Below are positions 51,531-62,489 of a DNA stretch of 64,000 bases, in pieces. Numbering within the stretch: position 1 is the stretch's first letter; every line of letters starts with the position of its first letter. The DNA comes from Sphaerochaetaceae bacterium (GTDB lineage: Bacteria > Bacillota_I > Bacilli_A > RF39 > UBA660): contig CAVDHX010000024.1 of NCBI GenBank assembly GCA_963609095.1, positions 7,126 to 71,125 on the forward strand. The letters run 5' to 3'. A program made the translations under genes and the position numbers. Under the pieces are notes generated by a model. The model worked only from the letters and a program-made list of their open reading frames with translations. It did no database searches and was not told the origin of the DNA.

Positions 51531-52295
51531 ATGAAAAATATAAATATTTTAATGATTGATGATAATGTAAATCTTATAGAAATGGTAAAAGAATATTTTA
51601 AAGATAATGAAAATATAAATATAAAATTTTCTTCTAATGACGGAGAAGATGGAATTGAGAAGATGGTTAAATTCCAAAATGAAATTGATTTGGTAATATT
51701 GGATTTGATAATGCCAAATAAGGATGGAATTTATGTTTTAAATGAAATGAAAAAAAGAGGACTTAAAAATAAGGTAATAGTTGCGACTAGTTATAATGCA
51801 GCTGAGGTAATTCGTGAAGTTTCTGAGTTTGGTGTTAGTTACTATATTTTGAAGCCGTTTGATTTGAGTATTTTAGAGAAAAGAATTTATGACATAATGA
51901 AGAAGGAAGATAGTAATCAAAATATTGATTTTTATACTAGTAATTTACAGGTTTCTATTACTAAGATGCTGCACGAACTAGGAATACCATCTCATATAAA
52001 GGGATATCAATATATAAGAGAAGCTGTTAATGTTATTTTTGAAAATCCAGGGGTAATTGGCGGAATTACTAAAGAATTATATCCATTATTAGCTGAAAAA
52101 TTTGATACAACGGTATCAAGAGTTGAAAGAGCTATAAGACATGCAATTGAGGTAAGTTGGAATAGAGGTAATTTAGATTTTATGGAGGAAATATTTGGAT
52201 ATAGTGTTGATATTGATAAAGCTAAACCTACTAATTCTGAGTTTATGGTAACGATTGCTGATAAATTAAGATTGGATTTTCATCAGGTAAATTAA
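51531..52295 (+). CDS. spo0A: sporulation master regulator Spo0A
   Basis: N-terminal receiver domain (ILMIDDN...LDLIMP) plus the Spo0A-specific C-terminal DNA-binding domain (ITKMLHELGIPSHIKGYQYIREAV...SRVERAIRHAIEVSWNRGN). Confidence 0.9.
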   Translation: MKNINILMIDDNVNLIEMVKEYFKDNENINIKFSSNDGEDGIEKMVKFQNEIDLVILDLIMPNKDGIYVLNEMKKRGLKNKVIVATSYNAAEVIREVSEFGVSYYILKPFDLSILEKRIYDIMKKEDSNQNIDFYTSNLQVSITKMLHELGIPSHIKGYQYIREAVNVIFENPGVIGGITKELYPLLAEKFDTTVSRVERAIRHAIEVSWNRGNLDFMEEIFGYSVDIDKAKPTNSEFMVTIADKLRLDFHQVN

Positions 52296-52343
52296 TTTAC
52301 ATCTTAAAGTATAAATGCTATAATTATCACAGTAGGTGGTTAT

Positions 52344-52748
52344 ATGAAAAGTAGAGGGTTTACTTTAATTGAACTTTTGGGAAGTATCGTTATATTATCT
52401 ATTATTGCTTTGCTTGCTTTTCCTGCTGTGCTTAGTTTGCTTAATAATTCGCAAAATGAAGTTGATAGTAGTGTCAGGCAGGTAATGATAGATGCCGCAA
52501 ATGAGTATGTAAGTAATCATGTTGATGAATTTCCTAAAGCATTGATATCTGATACTGCTTTAAAAGAATATGGTAGTAGTGGTGAAATAACAGGACAAGT
52601 TTTGGTTGATAACGGATATATTAGTAGTTCTTTAATTAACAGTAAGAAAAATTGTGAGATGTTAAATGATGTGGTTAAGGTAACTAGTAATTATAAAAAA
52701 TATTTTTATGAATATATAAGTAAAAATAATAAGGAGAAGTGTGCGTGA
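52344..52748 (+). CDS. prepilin-type protein (type IV pilin / pseudopilin)
   Basis: MKSRGFTLIELLGSIVILSIIALLAF. Its TGA stop overlaps the ATG of the next pilin gene (ATGA). Confidence 0.7.
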   Translation: MKSRGFTLIELLGSIVILSIIALLAFPAVLSLLNNSQNEVDSSVRQVMIDAANEYVSNHVDEFPKALISDTALKEYGSSGEITGQVLVDNGYISSSLINSKKNCEMLNDVVKVTSNYKKYFYEYISKNNKEKCA

Positions 52749-53737
52749 TGAAAAGGGGTTTTACGTTAGTTGAATTATTGGCAGTTATTTTAATTATTGG
52801 AATAATTGCGACTATAACCACTCCAATTGTTTTAAATGTTATTGGCAGTGCTAAAGCAAAGGGATTTGAGGATAGTGCGCTTTCTTTATTAAGAGCTAGT
52901 AAAAATTATTATAGCGATCAATCTATTAGTGATGTTATTAAATTACCTTTAGAAATTAAATTTAGCGATGGTAATCAAACTAATACATATACAAATTCAC
53001 AAACTAAAAAAACTGAAACAAGTTCAGAAAGATTGTTAGAATATTCTGGAACTAATCCTGATAGTGGGATTATTGAAATTAATTCTGATGGAGAAGTTTA
53101 TATGGCTATTTATAGTAAATCGGCAAAAGTATGTGGTATGAAGTCTTATACGGATAAGACGTTGACTTTTACTAAGACATCTGAGGAAGAGTGTGTTACT
53201 ACATCAGTGTATGCTGTAAGTAAAATTTATATGCATCCAGGAAAAGCTATTCCATCTGGTGTGAATGTTAGAACTACGCCTTCCAAAGCTATGGCCGATT
53301 GGTCTGATATCATCGGAGTTCCCGCCAATGTGTTTTTGAAACACAAATTAGTTGCTAATAAAATTTCTGAAACTTATGTTGGATTTGTTATTACTGATGA
53401 AACTGCAAAAGCAAATGATGGTATTGTGGCGGGCACTTATTATTTAAAAGGCGGTACGGGTACATACAGTTCAAATGTTGATTTGGTGAAAAAAATTTTT
53501 GATTATGATAATCATTCTGATCGCTGCTATTCAATTGATGAATATGGTTTTGAAAATTTTGCTTGTAAAATTGATGATATTGTCGTTTATATTACGAACG
53601 GTATGGTAGAAGTCTACGATGTGTCTGCTAGTTATGATTATTACAGTCATCGTTATCACCCTTTGTGTGTAATTTATAGTGGTGCCACTGAAGATGAGTT
53701 TGATGAAGCATATTGTAGATCAAATAGGCCAGAATAA
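52748..53737 (+). CDS. large prepilin-type protein (~330 aa)
   Basis: MKRGFTLVELLAVILIIGIIATIT, then a long extracellular region. The mid-gene segment has locally elevated G+C. Confidence 0.65.
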   Translation: MKRGFTLVELLAVILIIGIIATITTPIVLNVIGSAKAKGFEDSALSLLRASKNYYSDQSISDVIKLPLEIKFSDGNQTNTYTNSQTKKTETSSERLLEYSGTNPDSGIIEINSDGEVYMAIYSKSAKVCGMKSYTDKTLTFTKTSEEECVTTSVYAVSKIYMHPGKAIPSGVNVRTTPSKAMADWSDIIGVPANVFLKHKLVANKISETYVGFVITDETAKANDGIVAGTYYLKGGTGTYSSNVDLVKKIFDYDNHSDRCYSIDEYGFENFACKIDDIVVYITNGMVEVYDVSASYDYYSHRYHPLCVIYSGATEDEFDEAYCRSNRPE

Positions 53738-53741
53738 GTAT

Positions 53742-55232
53742 ATGGATAAAAAGTTATATAAGATTGTGCTAGTTATTATTTTTTTACTATTGATATTGTT
53801 TGCTCGCAATGTCTTTACTAAAAAAGTTAATAAGTTTTCTAATGTTACTATTTTAAGTTCATTAAATAAAGAAATTGAAGATTATGAAAAAAACACTTTG
53901 CCTTTTACAATAAAGTATGATAAAAATTATAAGGTTTTTGTTAATGGAAAAGAATATAATAATGAAAGAATATATAAACCTGGTAATTATACAATAAAAG
54001 TTAAAGGAAAAAATAATGAAACAAGCACAGTTTCAATAAATAAGGTTACAAAGAAAAACATATATAAAATTTATACGATGACTGAAACACTTCAAGCTTT
54101 AATTGGTAATTTGGATCTTTCTAAAGATGTTGATCAAAATGCCTACATTTGGACAGCAAAGACTGGCACAATTAATTTGGACAATGTAAAAACAAACCAT
54201 AAAAATGTTATATTATCAAAATATAATGCAACTTCAACTCCAAGCGCTGATGAGTTCCATGATACTGTGGTGAAAGAAATAAAAAATTATGTTAAAAGTG
54301 TATTGTTAAGTGATGATAATGCATGTTTTGAAATGTATATTCATGAGGCTGATTTTTATTTGGCTTTGGAAATATTTGATAAGTTTGGTTTGGATGATAG
54401 CAGGTATAATATTATTATGTATACTGATGGTACAAAGGGATATGTTAGAGATTATGAAATTGCTAAGGCTGATGTTTATGATGATTTTAAAAAGATGAAG
54501 AAGTTTTATTTTAATTTGGTTAATAATGTTAAGGCAAATAAAATAGATTCCAGCACTAAAAAATATTTATCTAATGGTGAATATAAATTTATATATGGCT
54601 CTTTAAAAATAGATTATATGCTTATATCAACTTTTAAAGATAATGTGAAATTATTATTGCAATTTCCAGAGGCTAGGGAATATAAGGATAATAAGGTAAA
54701 TCAAGAAATGAAAAAAGCACATATTTATAAATTTTCTATGCAAGATAAGTTTAATGAATTAAATGATAAACAAAAGAAGATATTTTTTAATAATATTAAT
54801 TTAAATAAAAGCGAATTAGATAATAATTATTTCAGTGATGATAAAGATTATTTAATAATTACAGGTACGGTTCCTTTTTATGGTTCTAGTTATTCAAAAG
54901 AAAAATTTGAAAAGATAATAAATAATGTTGTAAAAGATTATGGGGAAAAATATACGATACTTTATAAACCACATCCAAGAGCTTTACCAACTGAGGAACA
55001 GGAAAAATTTTTAAATAATTTAAATATTAAGGTATTACTTGGTCAAATTCCAATGGAGGCTATTAGTTTTATTTATCCCAATTTAAAATTAGGTGGATTT
55101 GTTAGTTCATTATATATGAATGTTGATAAAGGCAAAACATTATTTTTCTTTGCAAAAGATAAAGATGATTTAATTGCTCCTATAAATACTTTGTATGATA
55201 GTTTGTTTAAAAATGCTAAATTTTATAATTAA
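53742..55232 (+). CDS. hypothetical N-terminally anchored protein
   Basis: ~497 aa (517 aa if started at 53679), Lys/Asn-rich, with an N-terminal TM helix LYKIVLVIIFLLLILFA. Confidence 0.45.
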   Translation: MDKKLYKIVLVIIFLLLILFARNVFTKKVNKFSNVTILSSLNKEIEDYEKNTLPFTIKYDKNYKVFVNGKEYNNERIYKPGNYTIKVKGKNNETSTVSINKVTKKNIYKIYTMTETLQALIGNLDLSKDVDQNAYIWTAKTGTINLDNVKTNHKNVILSKYNATSTPSADEFHDTVVKEIKNYVKSVLLSDDNACFEMYIHEADFYLALEIFDKFGLDDSRYNIIMYTDGTKGYVRDYEIAKADVYDDFKKMKKFYFNLVNNVKANKIDSSTKKYLSNGEYKFIYGSLKIDYMLISTFKDNVKLLLQFPEAREYKDNKVNQEMKKAHIYKFSMQDKFNELNDKQKKIFFNNINLNKSELDNNYFSDDKDYLIITGTVPFYGSSYSKEKFEKIINNVVKDYGEKYTILYKPHPRALPTEEQEKFLNNLNIKVLLGQIPMEAISFIYPNLKLGGFVSSLYMNVDKGKTLFFFAKDKDDLIAPINTLYDSLFKNAKFYN

Positions 55233-55301
55233 TTTATTGATTTTGTGATGTGAACAAAACAATGTATTTTGAACTGTTGTGTTTAAGATATAATCAATTT
55301 T

Positions 55302-55324
55302 AGAAGGTCAAAATTTGATCTTCT
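55302..55324. repeat. 23-nt imperfect palindrome (terminator-like) and start of a direct-repeat cluster upstream of the recombinase gene
   Basis: agaaggtcaaaatttgatcttct matches its reverse complement at 20 of 23 positions and is followed by a T-run. Related direct copies are tagaagagtcaaaat (55339-55353) and ggaagagtc (55369-55377). Confidence 0.5.
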
Positions 55325-55427
55325 TTTATTATGCAATTTAGAAGAGTCAAAATATAATTTTTCACTTTGGAAGAGTCTTTTTTTTGTTTATTGTAATAAT
55401 TAAAATTAAACTGGAAGGAGTGATATA

Positions 55428-56366
55428 ATGAATAATAATAAGGATGAATATAAATTTAATATGCTTTTAGATATGTGGCTTAAAGATAAAAAAAATGATG
55501 TTAAGATTCAATCTTATCAAAAATATGAAAGGTTAGTTAATAAACATATTAGATATCATTTAGGCAATATTTGTATTAATATGTTTTCTAATCAAATTTT
55601 AATTGATTATTTTAAATTATATGAAATTGAAATGCTTAGCGATTCTACTAAAAAAACAATATTAGGAATTATTAAACAAGCGATGGAATTAGGTTGTTTT
55701 AAAAGTTATTGTAATTTTGTTAATTTTAAAATTTCTTTTAAAAAAAATAGAAATAATGATTTGATGATATTTTCTAAAAGAGAATATATGAAGATTGATA
55801 GGTGTGCATGTTTTGAAATGAATGAAAAGAAATTAGTTTTATTAATTGTTATGTATACTGGGATTAGAATAGGTGAAGCTTGTGGCTTAAAGTGGTCAGA
55901 TATTAATTTGAAAAGAAAAACTATAAAAATAAATAGAACGGTTCAAAGAATTAAAGATGATGATCCTAGTTCGAAAAGAAAAACTAAGTTGATTGCTAGT
56001 TTGCCAAAATCAGAGTCTTCTATTAGAACAATTCCAATATCTAATTATTTAATTCCTTTTTTAAAAAAATTTTACAAGAATGAAGATGTTTATATTTTGA
56101 CAGGAAGTGATAGGATCTATGATGAGAGAACATATGAAATTTTTTATAAAAGGTTGCTTAAGTCATGTGGCGTTTCATATCTTAAATTTCATAGTTTGAG
56201 ACATTCTTTTGCAACTAATTCTATAGCGTCTGGTGTAGATGTTAAAACGTTATCTGAAATATTGGGCCATTCATCTGTTGAAATTACATTAAAGCTTTAT
56301 GTTCATCCAACTTTTAATATGAAAAAAAGATCTATTGAAAAAGCTATTAAGTTCATGAAAAGTTAA
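55428..56366 (+). CDS. tyrosine site-specific recombinase (phage-integrase/Xer family)
   Basis: 312 aa with an N-terminal SAM-like domain and the C-terminal catalytic motifs R...HSLRHSFAT...LGHSSVEITLKLYVH (R-H-R-Y). RBS GGAAGGAG. Confidence 0.85.
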   Translation: MNNNKDEYKFNMLLDMWLKDKKNDVKIQSYQKYERLVNKHIRYHLGNICINMFSNQILIDYFKLYEIEMLSDSTKKTILGIIKQAMELGCFKSYCNFVNFKISFKKNRNNDLMIFSKREYMKIDRCACFEMNEKKLVLLIVMYTGIRIGEACGLKWSDINLKRKTIKINRTVQRIKDDDPSSKRKTKLIASLPKSESSIRTIPISNYLIPFLKKFYKNEDVYILTGSDRIYDERTYEIFYKRLLKSCGVSYLKFHSLRHSFATNSIASGVDVKTLSEILGHSSVEITLKLYVHPTFNMKKRSIEKAIKFMKS

Positions 56367-56530
56367 TAGACTTTTTTTTATTTTTTGTTATATACTGTAT
56401 ATGTATTAATTAGAAAAGGTTTAAAATTGAAGTAAAATGTTAAAATTATATTTTTAAATATAATTGCTTTTTATTTGCTTGCGATTGAATATAATTATGA
56501 TATATAATGATAATATAAGGATGTGAGACG

Positions 56531-57607
56531 ATGAGGGTAGTTATTAGTGCGGGTGGAACAGGTGGACATATTTATCCTGCTTTGGCAATAATAGAAAAAA
56601 TTAAGCAAGAGGAACCTGATAGTGAATTTTTGTATATTGGTACACATAATAGAATGGAAAATGATATTGTTCCTAAAAAAGGTATTCCTTTTAAGACGGT
56701 TGAAATGTATGGGTTCAACAAAAAACATTTATTTAAAAATTTTAAGACTGTTAAATGCTTATTTAAGGCTTTTAATGATTGCAAAAAAATGATAAAGGAA
56801 TTTAATCCTGATGTTGTTATTGGTGTTGGTGGATATGTGACGGTTCCTGTAATTGTAAGTGCTAAAAAATTAGGATATAAAACTTTTTTACATGAACAAA
56901 ATTCAATTCCTGGTAAGTCTAATAAATTTTTATGTAAATATTCTGATATGATTGGTGTTTCTTTTGAATCTTCTTTGGAAAGGTTTCCGAAAGGTAAAGC
57001 GGTTCTTACGGGAAATCCTTGCAGTGAAAGTGCTAGAAATATATTAGAAATTGATAAGAAGAAGCTAGACCTAGATCCTAATAAGAAACTTGTTTTGATT
57101 GTAATGGGTTCCTTGGGTGCTGGTAGAGTTAGTAAATATTTAAAAAATGAGCTTAATAATTTTCAAGGAAAAAATTATGAAATTTTGTTCATTACTGGTA
57201 AAGATTCATATGATGATGTTTGTAAAAATAGTTATCCTTCAAATGTTAAAATTTTACCTTTTTATGAGGGATTAACAAGTATCATGAAGAAAACTGATGT
57301 AATGGTATCAAGGGCTGGGGCTTCTACTTTAAGTGAAATTATTTCTTTGCAAGTTCCTTCTATTTTGATTCCATCACCATTTGTAGCTAATAATCATCAA
57401 TATTTAAATGCACTTGATTTGGTTAATAATGATGCGGCTATGATGATTGAAGAAAAAAGTTTAGATGATAAAGTTTTAGCTGGAGCAGTTGATGATTTAA
57501 TTAATAATAAAAATGAATGTTTTAAATATAAGAATAATTTGAAGAAAATGCAGGTTAATGATAGCGCGGAGATTATATATAATGAGTTGAGAAAAATAAT
57601 AGGATAA
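56531..57607 (+). CDS. murG: UDP-N-acetylglucosamine--undecaprenyl-PP-MurNAc-pentapeptide GlcNAc transferase
   Basis: Begins MRVVISAGGTGGHIYPALAI, with the GT28 N- and C-terminal domains. Confidence 0.9.
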   Translation: MRVVISAGGTGGHIYPALAIIEKIKQEEPDSEFLYIGTHNRMENDIVPKKGIPFKTVEMYGFNKKHLFKNFKTVKCLFKAFNDCKKMIKEFNPDVVIGVGGYVTVPVIVSAKKLGYKTFLHEQNSIPGKSNKFLCKYSDMIGVSFESSLERFPKGKAVLTGNPCSESARNILEIDKKKLDLDPNKKLVLIVMGSLGAGRVSKYLKNELNNFQGKNYEILFITGKDSYDDVCKNSYPSNVKILPFYEGLTSIMKKTDVMVSRAGASTLSEIISLQVPSILIPSPFVANNHQYLNALDLVNNDAAMMIEEKSLDDKVLAGAVDDLINNKNECFKYKNNLKKMQVNDSAEIIYNELRKIIG

Positions 57608-57618
57608 AAGGTGATTTT

Positions 57619-58284
57619 GTGGCAAAAAAGAAAAGAAAGTTAAAGAAAAAAAATATATTTTTTGTATTTTTTATTGTATTTGTTTTTTTATTAGGTTTAT
57701 CTTTTTTTTCTGATATAAAAATTAATAATATTGTTGTTAAAAATAATGTTTTATATAGTGATTGGGAGATTATCAAAAAAGCTGGTCTTGGTGATTATCC
57801 TAGTTTTCTTAAGACTTTAACTATTAATACTTCAAAGAAGTTGGAAAGTGATCCATATATTAAGTCAGCTAAAGTAAAAAAAAGATTTTTAAATGATATT
57901 GTTATTGATGTTGAGGAAAATTTACCATTATTTTATTATTTGCCTAAGAAAAAGACTATTTTAATGGATAAAACGGAAACGGATGATAATTTTTCGGTTC
58001 CAACTGTTATAAATTATATTCCTGATAAGATTTATTCTAAATTTTTAAAGTCTATTTCTGGTATTGATTATTCAATTATTAAAAGAATTTCTGAAATTAA
58101 ATATGATCCTAATGATGTTGATAATGGAAGATTTTTTCTTACTATGAATGATGGTAATCAAGTATATTTAACTTTAAGTAAATTTTCTAGCCTTGATAAT
58201 TATTTAACTATTATAAAAGAATTTAATAATAAAAAGGGAATTTTGTATTTGGATTCTGGTGAATATTTTGAAGTTAAGGAATAA
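57619..58284 (+). CDS. divIB: cell division protein FtsQ/DivIB-like (POTRA)
   Basis: 221 aa: basic N-terminus, one TM helix, a POTRA-like segment, in the position between murG and ftsA. Confidence 0.65.
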   Translation: MAKKKRKLKKKNIFFVFFIVFVFLLGLSFFSDIKINNIVVKNNVLYSDWEIIKKAGLGDYPSFLKTLTINTSKKLESDPYIKSAKVKKRFLNDIVIDVEENLPLFYYLPKKKTILMDKTETDDNFSVPTVINYIPDKIYSKFLKSISGIDYSIIKRISEIKYDPNDVDNGRFFLTMNDGNQVYLTLSKFSSLDNYLTIIKEFNNKKGILYLDSGEYFEVKE

Positions 58285-58378
58285 AAGTTTTATTTAAAAC
58301 TTAAATTTAGTTTACATTTTGTTTGCAATAAGGTAAAATTATAGTATAATTAATGATAGACCGTAGGAGGATGATGTT

Positions 58379-59608
58379 ATGGAACATGTTTATGCAAGCA
58401 TGGAATTTGGTAGTGATTCAGTTAAACTTGTTGTTTGTGAACTTTATCAGAATCATTTAAATTTACTTGCTGCATCTACTATTCCTTCACGCGGAATAAA
58501 AAAGGGATTGATTGTTGATCCTAGTTTGACTAAAAAGTCTGTTATGCTTGCTTTGAAAGATGTTGAGGATATGATTGGTGTAAAAATAAAAAAGGTTATT
58601 GTTTGCGTTCCTAATCATATGGCTGAATATAAGATTATTAAAGGTGAGTGCAAGGTGGCTGGTGATTTGATTAGTGCTAGTGATATGATTAATTCATATA
58701 AGGCTGGAATAAAGAAGAATCTGTTACCTAATGAAGAATTTGTAACGGTTGTACCTATTGATTTTAAAATAAATGGTAAGACTGTTATGAAAGATCCTAA
58801 AGGTTTCCCTGGAACTGTTTTGATGGGTAGAGCTGTTATGGTAACGACACCTAAAAAAAATGTTTATTCTGTTGCTAGTATTGTTGAAAGTTTAGGCGTT
58901 GAAATTGTTGATATTTCTGTTGGAAGCATTGGCGATATTAATTGCTTTAAAAATGAAAATTTGGATAAAACTGTTAGTGCTGTTATTAATATTGGTGCTG
59001 AAATTACGACTGTATCTTTGTATAATAAATCTATTCCTGTAAGTACTAAGATTATTGGTATTGGTGGAAAAAGTATTGAACAAGATTTGGCTTATATGTA
59101 CAAAATTGATATTAATGAAGCAAGAAATATTAAGGAAAAGTTTGCTTTAGCTCATAAGAAAAATGCAAATGTTAATGAGGTGTATGAAACTCAAAATGTT
59201 GATAATGTTAAGATTAAAATTAATCAATCTGCTGTTTCTGAAGTCGTTATGAGTAGGATAGAAGATATTTTGTCACTTGCAAAAAATACGTTAAATGACT
59301 TAACAAATAAGCAAATTCAGTATATAATAGTAACTGGTGGAGTGAGTAATATGATTGATTTTGAATATTGCTTAAACGATGTTTTACCAAGTGCGAATAA
59401 AGGGACTGTTAAATTAATTGGTGCTAGAAATAATAAATATAGTTCTGTAATTGGAAATATTATTTATTTTCTAAATACTTTAAAGTTAAAAGGGATGGAT
59501 TATTCTATGTTTAGTGAAAGTGATATGGATGAAATTTCATCACCTAAACAAAATATTTTAGATGATACAATGCTTGGAAAGGTATTTGGATACTTTTTCG
59601 GCGAATAG
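58379..59608 (+). CDS. ftsA: cell division protein FtsA
   Basis: 409-aa actin-like ATPase (VVTGGVSN). RBS GGAGG. Confidence 0.9.
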   Translation: MEHVYASMEFGSDSVKLVVCELYQNHLNLLAASTIPSRGIKKGLIVDPSLTKKSVMLALKDVEDMIGVKIKKVIVCVPNHMAEYKIIKGECKVAGDLISASDMINSYKAGIKKNLLPNEEFVTVVPIDFKINGKTVMKDPKGFPGTVLMGRAVMVTTPKKNVYSVASIVESLGVEIVDISVGSIGDINCFKNENLDKTVSAVINIGAEITTVSLYNKSIPVSTKIIGIGGKSIEQDLAYMYKIDINEARNIKEKFALAHKKNANVNEVYETQNVDNVKIKINQSAVSEVVMSRIEDILSLAKNTLNDLTNKQIQYIIVTGGVSNMIDFEYCLNDVLPSANKGTVKLIGARNNKYSSVIGNIIYFLNTLKLKGMDYSMFSESDMDEISSPKQNILDDTMLGKVFGYFFGE

Positions 59609-59619
59609 GAGGAATTATA

Positions 59620-60660
59620 ATGATGGGAATTGAAATGGATCAATTGGCAAAAATAAAGGTAATCGGTGTTGGCGGCGGAGGCTGTAATGCTGTTAATAGA
59701 ATGATTGAATCGGTTGAGGGAGTAGAATTTATTGTTGCAAACACTGATTCTCAAGTGCTTAATAATTCAATGGCAGAAAATAAAATTCAAATAGGAACTG
59801 AACTTACTCATGGACTTGGTGCAGGTGCTAATCCTCAAATTGGTAAAGAGGCTGCTTTAGAATCTAAAACTGAATTGGAAGAAGCTTTGAAAGGAGCAGA
59901 TATGGTATTTATCACTTGTGGTATGGGTGGTGGAACTGGTACTGGTGCAGCTCCTGTTATTGCAGATATTGCTCAAAATTCTGGGGCTTTAACAATAGGA
60001 ATTGTTACAAAACCATTTTCTTTTGAAGGTAAGAAGAGGATGACCCAAGCTTTAGATGGTATTGAAGAATTAAAAAAACATGTTGACACTTTGATTGTTG
60101 TTCCTAATGATAGATTAAGAGAAATTATTGATAAATCAACACCGCTTTTAGATTCGTTTAAAGAGGTTGATAATGTACTTCGTCGTGGGGTTCAATCTAT
60201 TTCTGATTTGATTGCTTGTCCTGGATTAATTAATTTGGATTTTGCTGATGTTAAAACTGTAATGGAAAAACGTGGTAATGCTTTGATTGGTATTGGTGCT
60301 GGTGTTGGTGAAGATAGAGCCGTAGAAGCCGCTAATCAAGCTGTTTTAAGTCCACTTTTAGAAACTAGTATTGATGGGGCTACTGATGCTATCATCAATG
60401 TTACTGGTGGACCTAATTTAACTTTATTTGAAGTTGAAGAAGCAGTAGAAACTGTTAGAAAATCTGCTAATACTGATATTAATACAATATTTGGTGCTGT
60501 TATTAATGAAAATTTTACTGATGAATTAATTGTAACAGTTATTGCTACTGGATTTGATCAGGCAAAAGAAAAAAAAGATGAAGATGTAGTACCTATTGCT
60601 GGATTAGATGATGAGGATACTGTTATTCCAGTATTTCTAAGAAAAAGAGGCAATTATTAA
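59620..60660 (+). CDS. ftsZ: cell division protein FtsZ
   Basis: Has [10 protein letters not shown] and the tubulin signature GGGTGTG. Confidence 0.95.
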   Translation: MMGIEMDQLAKIKVIGVGGGGCNAVNRMIESVEGVEFIVANTDSQVLNNSMAENKIQIGTELTHGLGAGANPQIGKEAALESKTELEEALKGADMVFITCGMGGGTGTGAAPVIADIAQNSGALTIGIVTKPFSFEGKKRMTQALDGIEELKKHVDTLIVVPNDRLREIIDKSTPLLDSFKEVDNVLRRGVQSISDLIACPGLINLDFADVKTVMEKRGNALIGIGAGVGEDRAVEAANQAVLSPLLETSIDGATDAIINVTGGPNLTLFEVEEAVETVRKSANTDINTIFGAVINENFTDELIVTVIATGFDQAKEKKDEDVVPIAGLDDEDTVIPVFLRKRGNY

Positions 60661-60692
60661 AATTGTCTTTTTTAAATAATAAGGTGATTTAA

Positions 60693-61409
60693 GTGGAAAG
60701 ATTACAAAAAATAATAGCAAATAGTGGATATTGTTCTAGAAGAAAAGCAGAAGAATTAATTAAAAAAGGTTTAGTTAAGGTTAATGGTAAAGTTGTTTCT
60801 GATTTGGGGGTTAAGGCTTCATATAGTGATACTATTATGGTAAATGATATTACTTTAAAATTAGAGGATAAGGAGTATGTTTTACTTTATAAGCCAAGGG
60901 GCGTTGTTACTTCTGCTCACGATGAAAAGGGTAGAAAAACAGTTGTTGATATTGTAGAGTCAACGAATAGATTATATCCTGTTGGTAGATTAGATTATGA
61001 TACTAGTGGGGTTATTTTACTTACTAATGATGGTGAATTAACTAATTTACTTATACATCCTAGACATGAAGTTGAAAAGGTTTATTTGGTGAAAATTGAT
61101 GAATTAGTAATTCCTACAAGGGTAAAGTCTTTAGCTTCTGGCGTGATTATTGATGGTGTAAAAACTTCAAAAGCAAAGGTTAAAATTAAAAGATTAGATA
61201 GAAGAAAAAAAACTTCACTAATTGAATTAACAATTCATGAAGGAAGGAATCATCAAGTTAAAAAAATGTTTGAAGCAATTGGTTATAAGGTTTCAAAATT
61301 AAAAAGGGAAAAGTTTGCGGGACTTGATTTATCTGGTTTAAAATCTGGCGAATATAGACATTTAAATATTAAGGAAGTAAAAAAATTATATGCTTTAGGT
61401 AAAAAATAA
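60693..61409 (+). CDS. rluB: rRNA pseudouridine synthase (RluB/RsuA family)
   Basis: An S4 domain followed by the catalytic GRLDYDTSG motif. Confidence 0.85.
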   Translation: MERLQKIIANSGYCSRRKAEELIKKGLVKVNGKVVSDLGVKASYSDTIMVNDITLKLEDKEYVLLYKPRGVVTSAHDEKGRKTVVDIVESTNRLYPVGRLDYDTSGVILLTNDGELTNLLIHPRHEVEKVYLVKIDELVIPTRVKSLASGVIIDGVKTSKAKVKIKRLDRRKKTSLIELTIHEGRNHQVKKMFEAIGYKVSKLKREKFAGLDLSGLKSGEYRHLNIKEVKKLYALGKK

Positions 61410-61415
61410 AGAAAC

Positions 61416-61601
61416 TTATTCAGTTTCTATTTCGATGGCTTCAGTTGGGCAACCTTCTGTGGCCATTTTTACTTCATCGTTAATTTCTTGCTTAATGACT
61501 TCAGCAAGTCCATCATCTCCAAAGTCAAATACATCTGGACATATTGCAGTGCATGCACCACAACCAATACATTTTTCTTTATCAACACTAACTTTATCCA
61601 T
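61416..61601 (-). CDS. fdx: 4Fe-4S ferredoxin
   Basis: CIGCGAC...CP plus additional Cys. Start placed at MDKVSVD after the RBS GGGAGG; the longer ORF runs to 61616. Confidence 0.8.
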   Translation of the reverse strand: MDKVSVDKEKCIGCGACTAICPDVFDFGDDGLAEVIKQEINDEVKMATEGCPTEAIEIETE

Positions 61602-61700
61602 TATAATTCCTCCCATATAAAAATTATATTTGTAATCATTAAAAAAAGCAATACCTTGCCTTTAAAAAAATATCAAAATATGGTATCATTAAAATAAGAG

Positions 61701-62489
61701 GTGGTACGGGTGGCATCAAGGATGGATCGTTATTATAAGAAAAATACTAGTAATTCATCAAGGACTGATAGAAATAAAACATTATATAATAGTATTTATT
61801 CATATGGTAAATATAGTAATATTGAGGGTATTGCTTCAATTGATAATACAAATGAAATTGATATTACAAAAATAAAAGAAATGCTTGATAATAGGGAGAA
61901 ATATCAGGTGGAAAGAAAATATCGTAAGTTAACAAATAGTGAGGATGTTAAGGAATTGCCTGTAGTTCATAAAAAATATAATGAAGATGAGAATAAAAAT
62001 TATGATATTATGGATGTTTTATCTAAGGCGAGGGAGAGTAAAATGCCTGATGATAAGGAAAGAGTTTTAAGTAAAACTAGTTATGATGTATTAAAAAGTT
62101 TAAATTTAAAATCTCATTTTAATGCTGATGATTATACTGATGATGATATTAAAGATATGATTCAAACAATTTCTAATACTAGTATGCTTAATAAGATGGA
62201 TGATATTGATTTGGCTAATGATATGTTTAGTGATTTGAAGGGTAAAAATGATGATACAAAGGTTTCTGATATAAAGGATATTAAGGAGTTAATTGATGAG
62301 ACTAAGAAAAAAGAACAAACTATGGATAATTCATTTTTTACTTCAAATATTAAGTTAAAAAAAGCTGATTTTGTTGGTTATAAAAATAATAAATCATCGG
62401 TTTTTAAAACTATTTTAATAACAATTATAATTTTAGGAATTATTACAGTTATTGGAATTTTGGTTGCTAAAAAACTAAATCTATTTTAA
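61701..62489 (+). CDS. hypothetical charged protein with C-terminal TM anchor
   Basis: 262 aa, Lys/Asp-rich, with C-terminal helix ILITIIILGIITVIGILVA. Confidence 0.4.
   Translation: MVRVASRMDRYYKKNTSNSSRTDRNKTLYNSIYSYGKYSNIEGIASIDNTNEIDITKIKEMLDNREKYQVERKYRKLTNSEDVKELPVVHKKYNEDENKNYDIMDVLSKARESKMPDDKERVLSKTSYDVLKSLNLKSHFNADDYTDDDIKDMIQTISNTSMLNKMDDIDLANDMFSDLKGKNDDTKVSDIKDIKELIDETKKKEQTMDNSFFTSNIKLKKADFVGYKNNKSSVFKTILITIIILGIITVIGILVAKKLNLF

Noticed and set aside
56495-56784. Two minus-strand ORFs overlapping the murG start
   Set aside because: Antisense to a well-supported murG and AT-rich spurious frames.
61435-61697. Plus-strand ORFs 61435-61620 and 61488-61697
   Set aside because: Antisense to the ferredoxin gene and its leader, with low-complexity translation.
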